Notes under the pieces: model-generated
Databases searched by the model: none
Told to the model about the DNA's origin: nothing
What the model saw: the letters and a program-made list of their open reading frames with translations, nothing else
Program-made: the position numbers and the translations under genes
Source of the DNA: Candidatus Levyibacteriota bacterium
GTDB taxonomy: Bacteria > Patescibacteriota > Microgenomatia > Levybacterales > UBA12049
Length of the DNA: 54,161 nt
Direction of reading: 5' to 3'
Assembly (NCBI GenBank): GCA_030651475.1
Contig: JAUSEW010000035.1
Location: 1-54,161, forward strand
Shown here: positions 46,537 through 54,161 of the stretch, piece after piece
Layout: every line of letters starts with the position of its first letter
How positions within the stretch are numbered: position 1 is the stretch's first letter

Positions 46537-48945
46537 TTAAATATGTTTTCTATAAACAAAAATTAGTATTCCCGATAAGAGCAGAACAACAATTGCTATT
46601 TTTAAACCCAATAAGAATGACGCGTTGTCATAAACCATTACTATGACATGTTCTCCTTTCGGAATAGGGATAGCTCTGAATGTGTAATTTGCTCTTAAAA
46701 TTTTACCCTCTTTTCCGTCAATAAAAACTTTAAACATTTTTGAATAATTATCGGAAAGATAAAATAGCGATGGATTGTTTGCCTTAACTTTTACCGATAT
46801 TGTATTTGGAGAATATTGAATAATCTCTGCGCTTCCTGTATTTTCTTTTGGCTTAAAACCTGGATTTTCCTCTAAGACTATTTTGTCTGGATGAAAATTT
46901 TCGCTGAATAATGATTTTAAAATTTCCTTATCATTTTCAATAATCTGAAAATTGCTAGTAACAAAAAATCTTGGCATTGATTTTTTATATTGATAAATTT
47001 GCCATTTATCATTTTGCCAAAGCAAAGAAAAATCATTCTTATTGGGAACTGCACCTGTTAATTCCATTGATTTTTTATCAGTAACTATATATTTCACACT
47101 TATTAATTCATAAAACCTATGCAGTCTATTGTTGTTAGGATAAAATACATCTTTTGGATAAACTTCTAAATCAAAAGCTATTTTGCCGGGAATTTTAATA
47201 TCTCCATATTCCATATAGCTTATAAACTCTCCATATCTTCCTATATACATTGACCCTATTCCTTCAGGGGAATACAAATTAAATTGCAAGGGAATGCTTG
47301 GGACTATGTGTCCATAACCTATACTCATAAATCTATCCAATCCTTGATTTTCTTTAAGATATGAAAAAACAGGATGCTGTGGATAAAGAAATTCACGATT
47401 GGAAAAAGGGATATATTTCTGGCCAAAAAGAAAACTTTGCGTAAATAAAACCGCTATGACCAAAAAGAAAAAGATATTTTTTGAATACCTGTTTCTAAAT
47501 ATAAAAAATGTAATTGTAGTTGCCAAAAGAAAAACCATTGGAATTATAAAATTTTTAAACTGAATTGCCTCAACGCTAATATTAATTCCTGCCTTATCAA
47601 CTTTATTTAACAAACTGAGATCTTTTAGAATTCTGTATGCCAAAAATGATCCTAAAATAACCATGATAAGCCATAGGAAAATAAAAGACTTTTTAATTAT
47701 TTTGCGCACAAAATCTTTCTTCTCGTTAATAAGAAGATCAAAACCGTATGCGGCAAGAACACAAAAAGAAAACGTAGTAATTAAAAATATCCTATTGGGA
47801 AGAAATGATGTAAGGATGGGTATGTTTGAAGAAATTACTCCTCTTGATATAAAATTATCTACTGCAAGTATTAAAGTTATAAGTATTGAAATAATGAAAA
47901 AAATTATTTTTTTATTATTTCTTGTAAGTATTGCAAATAAAGAAAATATAAAAGGAATTATTCCTATAAACATTACTGACTCTTTGTAGTCGCTTTTGCC
48001 AAAATAATTGTAAGCCGCAGGATTTCCCCAAAAGTCCGGAATAATTAGAGTAAAAATGTGAGATATTGGCATTAAATGCTGGAAGGAAAATACTCTTCCC
48101 GACAGACCAACTCTTGGTGAATCCAAAAGCGCATGGAATGACGGTATTATATGAAATAAAGTTACAAAGGGTAATATTACAAAAGGAATTAATGCTAAAT
48201 AATAAAATTTTGATTTATTTTTATTTTCAAGATAAATTTTAAAGAGTAAATAGATTAAGGAAAAACCAAATATGTAAAATGTGTATTGCAGCCATCCTGC
48301 AAGAAGAGAAAACATCAAGGAAAAAAGGATTATACAGAGATATCTTATTTTTTTCGTTTGGAAAAATGACTCTATGCCCCAAAAAACGTATGGCATCCAA
48401 ATTAACGTATGGCCAACACTCAAGCCCTCTACGGATCTCACAATTAAAATTCCCGAGAAAGCCAAAGCAAAAGCTCCGAAAATTGCTGATTTTTTGGAAA
48501 CAACAATTTTGCCTAAAAATAAGAACATTCCTGCTCCGGCAATAACTGGCTCTATCAAAATTAGGAAAACCCAAACGTTAATTTGAGGAAAAATTAGAAA
48601 CAGAAAATTAAGAGGATAAAAAACTGCTGTTTCCGAAAGCCCTAAATGATAATTTCCCGAAAAAGAATACGGATTCCAAAATGGTATTTCTCTTTTCTTA
48701 AGAAGGCCATCTGTAAACGTTCTCTGGGGATAAAAAATCCAAAGATCATCTTTTCCTGTCGGTCGATTGGGAATTCCTGTTTCCCATCCGCTAAATTTTT
48801 CCTGCGCCCAAGGATTAAAAAAAGAAGTAAGAAGATTTGCGGAAAATGGAATCTTATTTTGGAGAAACACTTGCCAAAACAAAATAAAAGTGGACAGGGA
48901 AAGGATAATTAAAAAAAATAGAAAATTAAACTTAATTTTTCCCAT
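46537..48945 (-). CDS. YfhO-like GT-C membrane protein
   Basis: PFWNPYSFSG, many TM helices, C-terminal NYTFRAIPIPKGEH-V-M-Y plus TM. Confidence 0.8.
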   Translation of the reverse strand: MGKIKFNFLFFLIILSLSTFILFWQVFLQNKIPFSANLLTSFFNPWAQEKFSGWETGIPNRPTGKDDLWIFYPQRTFTDGLLKKREIPFWNPYSFSGNYHLGLSETAVFYPLNFLFLIFPQINVWVFLILIEPVIAGAGMFLFLGKIVVSKKSAIFGAFALAFSGILIVRSVEGLSVGHTLIWMPYVFWGIESFFQTKKIRYLCIILFSLMFSLLAGWLQYTFYIFGFSLIYLLFKIYLENKNKSKFYYLALIPFVILPFVTLFHIIPSFHALLDSPRVGLSGRVFSFQHLMPISHIFTLIIPDFWGNPAAYNYFGKSDYKESVMFIGIIPFIFSLFAILTRNNKKIIFFIISILITLILAVDNFISRGVISSNIPILTSFLPNRIFLITTFSFCVLAAYGFDLLINEKKDFVRKIIKKSFIFLWLIMVILGSFLAYRILKDLSLLNKVDKAGINISVEAIQFKNFIIPMVFLLATTITFFIFRNRYSKNIFFFLVIAVLFTQSFLFGQKYIPFSNREFLYPQHPVFSYLKENQGLDRFMSIGYGHIVPSIPLQFNLYSPEGIGSMYIGRYGEFISYMEYGDIKIPGKIAFDLEVYPKDVFYPNNNRLHRFYELISVKYIVTDKKSMELTGAVPNKNDFSLLWQNDKWQIYQYKKSMPRFFVTSNFQIIENDKEILKSLFSENFHPDKIVLEENPGFKPKENTGSAEIIQYSPNTISVKVKANNPSLFYLSDNYSKMFKVFIDGKEGKILRANYTFRAIPIPKGEHVIVMVYDNASFLLGLKIAIVVLLLSGILIFVYRKHI

Positions 48946-48964
48946 TAATATAATTTATGAAAAT

Positions 48965-51727
48965 TTAATTCGGATAGTGGCATTTTTTATATTTTTTCCC
49001 GCTTCCGCAAAAACAGGGGTCGTTGCGGCCGATTTTTATTGCACCCTCACCCTGGCCCTCTCCCCTCGAGGGAGAGGGAACGTTTTCCCCACCCTCCTCC
49101 TTCACCGCTCCGGAGCCTGCGCTTGCTCGGCCCGTCAGGGACCCCTGCATAATAAGTCCTTCTTGTTCCAAAAGTGATGGCGCAACAACCGCGGCAGTAC
49201 CCACTTTAAATACGGTATGCGCAACATCATGCTGAACCGCTGACAACAAATTCTGATACAAATAATACGTTTCCTTTTTATACGCGACGAGCGGATCCTG
49301 CTGTGCATATCCGCGAAGGCCAATGCCGGCACGCAAACGATCAATCGCTACCAAGTGATCAATCCACAGCACATCAAGCGTGCGCACCAAAAGCGCTTTT
49401 TCCATTTCATGCAGAAAATCAGCATTTTCAACGTGCTTTTCCATGTCCGCGTATATCGCGCGCGCGCCGTCTGCCAAAAGTTCTATCGCCTGCCCCGCGG
49501 CATCCTCGGATTGTGTTGTCCCAAATTCACGAAGTTTTTCCAAATGTTCTTTTGAGATTGGATATATTTTCTGAACCGCCGCGGTAATTGCATCAATATC
49601 CCAGTCCGCATCAGGAGTAGCGTGCGCATTCACAATCTCCGCAATTTCGCCACGCACCATGTCTAAAATAATATCTTTCAGTGACGAAAATCCCTCGCTC
49701 GTCACTTCCAATTTATTTTCTGCAAGTTCCAGCATCTCGCGACGACGGCGATAAATAGTCTCGCGATGTTTATTCAAAACATCATCATAATCAAGGAGGT
49801 GTTTGCGGATATCAAAGTTATGGCCTTCCACTTTTTTCTGCGCGGTTTCAATGGCTTTACTCACCATTTTTGCCTCAATAGGCACATCTTCTGGTACACG
49901 GAGGCGCGTCATCATGGATTTAATACGATCACCGGCAAAAATGCGCATAAGATCATCCTCAACCGAAACATAAAATTGCGTAGCACCCGGATCACCCTGA
50001 CGTCCCGCGCGTCCGCGGAGCTGGTTATCAATACGCCGTGATTCATGACGTTCTGTACCCAGCACAAATAATCCGCCGAGTTCCCGGACGCGTGCGGCTT
50101 CATCTTTATCCTGCGGATTGCCGCCGAGCACAATGTCCACGCCGCGGCCTGCCATGTTGGTAGCAAGCGTTACGGCACCCGCGCGTCCTGCTTGCGCAAT
50201 CACTTCAGCTTCACGTTCGTGATTTTTTGCGTTCAACATTTGAAACGGAATACCCTCGCGTTCCAACAGAAGCCCGAGTTCCTCATTTTTTTCAATAGAA
50301 ATAGTACCGAGTAGTACCGGCTGACCGCGCTCGTGCAATTCTTTAATATGACGCACCACGGCCGCAAATTTTGCAGATTCACTGCTATAAATCCTATCCG
50401 GATGATCAATACGCTGATCAATTCTATTGGTGGGCATCACCACTACTTCCAGCTTATAAATTTTTCCAAACTCTTCCGCTTCTGTCACGGCCGTTCCGGT
50501 CATACCGCCGAGTTTTTTATACATGCGGAAATAATTTTGGAACGTGACCGTGGCGAGCGTTTGGCTTTCGCGCTGAATTTTTACATTTTCTTTTGCTTCG
50601 ATGGCTTGATGCAATCCTTCTGAATAGCGGCGGCCGGGCATTTTGCGTCCGGTAAATTCGTCAACAATAATAACCTCATCGCTTTCAACTACATACTGCT
50701 TATCTTTTTGGTACAGCGTTTCTGCACGGAGCGCCTCATCAATATGATGCACCGTGCGGATGCCGGCATCGGTGTAAATGTTGCCCACGCCGAGCCATTG
50801 CTCCATTTTTTTGATACCAGCATCGGTCAAAATAGCACTGCGAAGTTTTTCATCCACCTGATAATCCTCTTCTTTTTTGAGCTGACGCGTGAGACGCGCA
50901 AACTGGTAATACAATTCTGCCGCTTCTGCCGCGGCTCCGGAAATAATGAGCGGCGTGCGCGCTTCATCAACTAAAATGGAGTCCACCTCATCAACAATGG
51001 CGTACAGATGACCGCGCTGAACCATCTCGCCGAGGCGCCCCACCATGTTATCGCGGAGATAATCAAAACCGAATTCATTGTTGGTGCCATAGGTGATGTC
51101 GCACGCGTACGCGGCGGCGCGTTCTGCGGGACGGAGGTAGGTTTTCTCTACTTTAAACGAGCCCGTGGTGTCACGGCTTTCATCACGCGGCGTGCCTTCA
51201 TCTTCCGGCGCGGCGTGTCCGCCGTATTCGGGGTCATAGATAAAAGTGGTGCCTTGATGCTGAATGATACCAACGGAAAGTCCGAGCGCATGGTAAATCT
51301 GTCCCATCCACACCGCGTCGCGTTCGGCAAGATAATCGTTCACGGTCACGAGGTGTACACCAAGACCTGCGAGCGCGTTGAGATACAGCGGCAGAGTTGA
51401 GGTGAGTGTTTTTCCTTCACCGGTGCGCATTTCCGCTATTTGGCCGCGATGGAGCGTGATGCCGCCGGCAAGCTGAACGTCATAATGACGTTGACCGAGG
51501 GTGCGTTTGGAAGCTTCGCGGACTGCAGCGAATGCTTCAGGGAGGAGGTTATCTAGCGTCTCGCCTTTTTCTAAACGCGCGCGGAATTCTTCTGTTTTTG
51601 CGCGGAGCTCGCCCGTGGTGAGACGCACAAAATCCGGCTCAAGTGAGTTTATTTTTTGTACCAGCGGATCCATCTCTTTTACTGCTTTAGCGTTAGGATC
51701 CCCGAAAATTTTGGTGAGGAATGACAT
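48965..51727 (-). CDS. secA: Protein translocase subunit SecA
   Basis: MRTGEGKT, TNNEFGFDYLRDNM, VDEVD, TNMAGRG, QLRGRAGRQGDPG, SEC-C GRNDPCFCGSGKKYKKC. Confidence 0.97.
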   Translation of the reverse strand: MSFLTKIFGDPNAKAVKEMDPLVQKINSLEPDFVRLTTGELRAKTEEFRARLEKGETLDNLLPEAFAAVREASKRTLGQRHYDVQLAGGITLHRGQIAEMRTGEGKTLTSTLPLYLNALAGLGVHLVTVNDYLAERDAVWMGQIYHALGLSVGIIQHQGTTFIYDPEYGGHAAPEDEGTPRDESRDTTGSFKVEKTYLRPAERAAAYACDITYGTNNEFGFDYLRDNMVGRLGEMVQRGHLYAIVDEVDSILVDEARTPLIISGAAAEAAELYYQFARLTRQLKKEEDYQVDEKLRSAILTDAGIKKMEQWLGVGNIYTDAGIRTVHHIDEALRAETLYQKDKQYVVESDEVIIVDEFTGRKMPGRRYSEGLHQAIEAKENVKIQRESQTLATVTFQNYFRMYKKLGGMTGTAVTEAEEFGKIYKLEVVVMPTNRIDQRIDHPDRIYSSESAKFAAVVRHIKELHERGQPVLLGTISIEKNEELGLLLEREGIPFQMLNAKNHEREAEVIAQAGRAGAVTLATNMAGRGVDIVLGGNPQDKDEAARVRELGGLFVLGTERHESRRIDNQLRGRAGRQGDPGATQFYVSVEDDLMRIFAGDRIKSMMTRLRVPEDVPIEAKMVSKAIETAQKKVEGHNFDIRKHLLDYDDVLNKHRETIYRRRREMLELAENKLEVTSEGFSSLKDIILDMVRGEIAEIVNAHATPDADWDIDAITAAVQKIYPISKEHLEKLREFGTTQSEDAAGQAIELLADGARAIYADMEKHVENADFLHEMEKALLVRTLDVLWIDHLVAIDRLRAGIGLRGYAQQDPLVAYKKETYYLYQNLLSAVQHDVAHTVFKVGTAAVVAPSLLEQEGLIMQGSLTGRASAGSGAVKEEGGENVPSPSRGEGQGEGAIKIGRNDPCFCGSGKKYKKCHYPN
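49044..49080. repeat. In-frame REP-like palindrome in secA C-terminal linker
   Basis: CCCTCACCCTGG-CCCTCTCCC-CTCGA-GGGAGAGGG; encodes PSPSRGEGQGEG. Confidence 0.75.
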
Positions 51728-51775
51728 ACGATAAGACCCCTATAACCTATCATCTCCTCACGAAATGGTCAAGCA

Positions 51776-52108
51776 TTACCCTTGCTGTCTCTTGTCAATC
51801 ATTTTTTCTTTTAAATCCACCAGCTGACGCTGAAGTTCTTTCCGCACCACGTCAATCGCGGCATAGAGATCCTCATGCACCTCGCGTGAGCGCACCGGAC
51901 CCTCGTCCGGAATAATCATGTGCACCTCGCAAAAAAAGATGGGGCCTTTGTTGTGATGTTCTGATTCTTTTCCTACTTCTACTTCAACCGTGACGGCCTC
52001 GGGGTTTTTGGTGTGCACGAATTTTTCAAGCGCCTGCATTCTTTCCTCTGCGTGCTGTTTTATTGCCTCCGTGAGTTCTATCCCGAGTCCCTGGATGGTG
52101 ATGTTCAT
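51776..52108 (-). CDS. hpf: Ribosome hibernation factor, short HPF/RaiA type
   Basis: MNITIQG-GIELTEAI, EDLYAAID; no long-HPF C-terminal domain. Confidence 0.88.
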   Translation of the reverse strand: MNITIQGLGIELTEAIKQHAEERMQALEKFVHTKNPEAVTVEVEVGKESEHHNKGPIFFCEVHMIIPDEGPVRSREVHEDLYAAIDVVRKELQRQLVDLKEKMIDKRQQG

Positions 52109-52124
52109 ATGTAAGTGTGATACC

Positions 52125-53078
52125 TTAACCTATATATTGAATTTCCTCTTCAAGCCCTATCCCATAAGAATCATATACCTTTTGCTTAATTTTTTCCACC
52201 AGCGCCTTTACTTCTGCCGCGGTGGCACCGCCGGTATTCACCACAAAATTACCATGCGTTTCTGAGACCATTGCCGCGCCTTCTTTCTCTCCTTTCATGC
52301 CGGAGTGTTCAATAAGCCAGCCAGCAGATATTCTTTTTTTATCCAAAAATTCTTGCGGAATATTTTTGTTTGCCCACGCGGGGTCTATTTCCGTAAATTC
52401 AAAATTTTTAAAGATACATCCGGTGGAGGCGAATCCTTTTGGTTGCGTTTTATTGCGCTTCTCTAAAAACTCCATCATTTTTTTGAGGCCGCCGCGCTCT
52501 TCATCAAATTTCAATTTCAATGTTGCGCCGAGTACAATGCCACTGTTGTGTTTGAAAATGCTGTCGCGATAATGAAATGCACATTCGGCATTGGTAAAGG
52601 TGCGCACTTCTCCATCAACCAGCGCCTGCACGCTTTCAATAACATCTTTTATTTCACTACCGAACGCACCCGCGTTGCCCCGCACCGCGCCGCCAATAGT
52701 TCCGGGCACGCCAATTCCCCATTCAAATCCTGCAAGACCCGCGTCAATGCTGGCGCGCGTGAGTGCGGCCGTAACCACTCCCGCGTCTGCAATAACGGTG
52801 TCATCGGCAACACTGTACGCGTTCATTTCTATTTTTATGGCGACGCCCGCGAATCCTTCATCTGAAACCAGCATGTTGCTACTGCCGCCAAAAACAAAAT
52901 ACGGAAGATCGTGTGCGCTTGCGATGGCGAGCGCTTGTTGTAACTCTTCCGTGTTTTTGACGGGGATGAGGTATTGCGCTGGTCCGCCGATTTTAAAGGT
53001 AGTGTATCGCGCGAGCGGTACACTTTGTTTGGCATTTGGAAATGCTTCCTGAATTTTTTCCCAGAGTTTATCGGACAT
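52125..53078 (-). CDS. murB: UDP-N-acetylenolpyruvoylglucosamine reductase
   Basis: TTFKIGGPA, GGSSN, GIPGT-like GVPGTIGGA, NAGAFG, GCIFKN, HGNFVVN. Confidence 0.95.
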   Translation of the reverse strand: MSDKLWEKIQEAFPNAKQSVPLARYTTFKIGGPAQYLIPVKNTEELQQALAIASAHDLPYFVFGGSSNMLVSDEGFAGVAIKIEMNAYSVADDTVIADAGVVTAALTRASIDAGLAGFEWGIGVPGTIGGAVRGNAGAFGSEIKDVIESVQALVDGEVRTFTNAECAFHYRDSIFKHNSGIVLGATLKLKFDEERGGLKKMMEFLEKRNKTQPKGFASTGCIFKNFEFTEIDPAWANKNIPQEFLDKKRISAGWLIEHSGMKGEKEGAAMVSETHGNFVVNTGGATAAEVKALVEKIKQKVYDSYGIGLEEEIQYIG

Positions 53079-53082
53079 GTTT

Positions 53083-54161
53083 TTATTCTACTAAATTCCG
53101 CGCGACCGAATCAATATCCCCTGCTCCCATGATAACTACTATATCATTCTTTTTGATGTTGGCGCGGAGCCAGCCTTCTGTTTGGTCAAGGGTGGCGGTG
53201 TAGTGCACCGGGAATTGCGCCCTCGCCCCTACTTTTTCCGCGAGCACTTTTGACGTGACATCCTGATCTTTGTCCTCCTCGCGCCCGGCAACATCATAAA
53301 TCTCATTCAACACTAAAACATCTACGGGCGCAACCGTGAGCGCGTCAACAAAATCATTGAACAAGTTTTTTGTTCGGTTGTGCTGATGGGGCTGAAACAC
53401 TAAAATTACGCGCCGATCCGGATATAACTCGCGCACCATAGCCGAAGTTTCCCGAATCGCCGTAGGATGATGGCCGTAATCTGAATACACGAGCGCGCCT
53501 TTATACTCCCCTACTTTTTCAAAACGCCGCCAGATGCCGCGAAAATTTTCCGCAACATGTCCTTGTACCGCAGGCGGCACACCAGCCAAACCCGCGGCAC
53601 TTCCCGCGGCTAACACGTTACGTACATTAAATTCGCCCGGCACGCCCACTTTTATTTCCTGCGTAAAACCTTGCGTGTGCATGTGCGCAACACCCGCGCC
53701 ATCTACACTTTTGTAACCGGAATAATACACGGAGGCAATCGCGGTTTTACCAAACGTGTACGTTTTTCCTTTCCACGTTAATTCTTTGCAGCCGGCGTCA
53801 TCGGCGGATTTTATGAGAATCCCCTCTTCCGGAAGTTCGTTTACAAATTCCTGATACACTTTTATTTCATGTTTCAAATCTTTATAAAAATCCAAATGAT
53901 CCGGTTCAATATACGTCACCACCGCGATGTTTGGTTTGATATGGCGCATGTTGCCCTGATGCTCGCACGCTTCAACCACCAAAAAATTTGAATGACCCAC
54001 GCGCACATTGCCGTGTTCAAATTGCGGCACGAGCGAGCCGACAAAAATGGTGGGATCAAATCCCGCTTCCTGCATCATAAGGCCGATGAGCGCCGTGGTA
54101 GTTGATTTTCCATGCGTGCCCGTGACCGCGATGGTGAATTTCTTTTCTGAAAGCGCGCCCA
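53083..54161 (-). CDS. murC: UDP-N-acetylmuramate--L-alanine ligase, 5'-truncated by window edge
   Basis: Frame continues upstream of 54078 with AVTGTHGKSTTT; VEACE, EPDHLD, RRFE, DYGHHP, FQPH, GAGD. Confidence 0.93.
   Translation of the reverse strand, partial: GALSEKKFTIAVTGTHGKSTTTALIGLMMQEAGFDPTIFVGSLVPQFEHGNVRVGHSNFLVVEACEHQGNMRHIKPNIAVVTYIEPDHLDFYKDLKHEIKVYQEFVNELPEEGILIKSADDAGCKELTWKGKTYTFGKTAIASVYYSGYKSVDGAGVAHMHTQGFTQEIKVGVPGEFNVRNVLAAGSAAGLAGVPPAVQGHVAENFRGIWRRFEKVGEYKGALVYSDYGHHPTAIRETSAMVRELYPDRRVILVFQPHQHNRTKNLFNDFVDALTVAPVDVLVLNEIYDVAGREEDKDQDVTSKVLAEKVGARAQFPVHYTATLDQTEGWLRANIKKNDIVVIMGAGDIDSVARNLVE

Noticed and set aside
48239-54078. Numerous 60-150 aa alternative-frame ORFs over yfhO-like, secA, murB and murC
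   Set aside because: Expected shadows, more frequent in the GC-richer segment; no motifs or independent start signals

Overview
Gene-dense 54 kb window from what reads as a Patescibacteria/CPR-type genome (inference from gene repertoire: short GluRS, short non-discriminating AspRS, DUF3048/DUF4446/DUF5679-like proteins, truncated TsaB, few biosynthetic genes). Bases 1 to about 48,960 are AT-rich and Microgenomates-like. They carry tRNA-Glu(CTC), lon, tRNA-Gln(CTG) followed by four small accessory genes (including an AbiTii-like protein), gltX, aspS, recJ, a CCA/HD enzyme, metK, secDF, a nucleotide-sugar/glycosyltransferase cluster (rmlABD without rmlC, ugd, gmd, rmd-like, UXS-like, GT2-GtrA, ArnT/PMT-like), tsaE plus a TsaC-TsaB fusion, ftsEX with an M23 hydrolase, and prfB. 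From about 48,965 the sequence abruptly becomes much more GC-rich (secA, hpf/raiA, murB, partial murC), suggesting a join between two lineages. No rRNA, CRISPR array, integrase or transposase was found. The most unusual signals are non-coding or sub-genic: related palindromic mini-elements sitting between duplicated ATGA stop/start junctions, palindromes and 7-nt tandem repeats carried in-frame inside conserved enzymes, a 23-nt direct repeat bracketing a single gene, a structured GC-rich segment after tRNA-Glu, a CIRCE-like operator on lon, and widespread -10 boxes placed 6-8 nt before start codons (leaderless-type). All functional calls are motif recognition by eye; no database searches were run.
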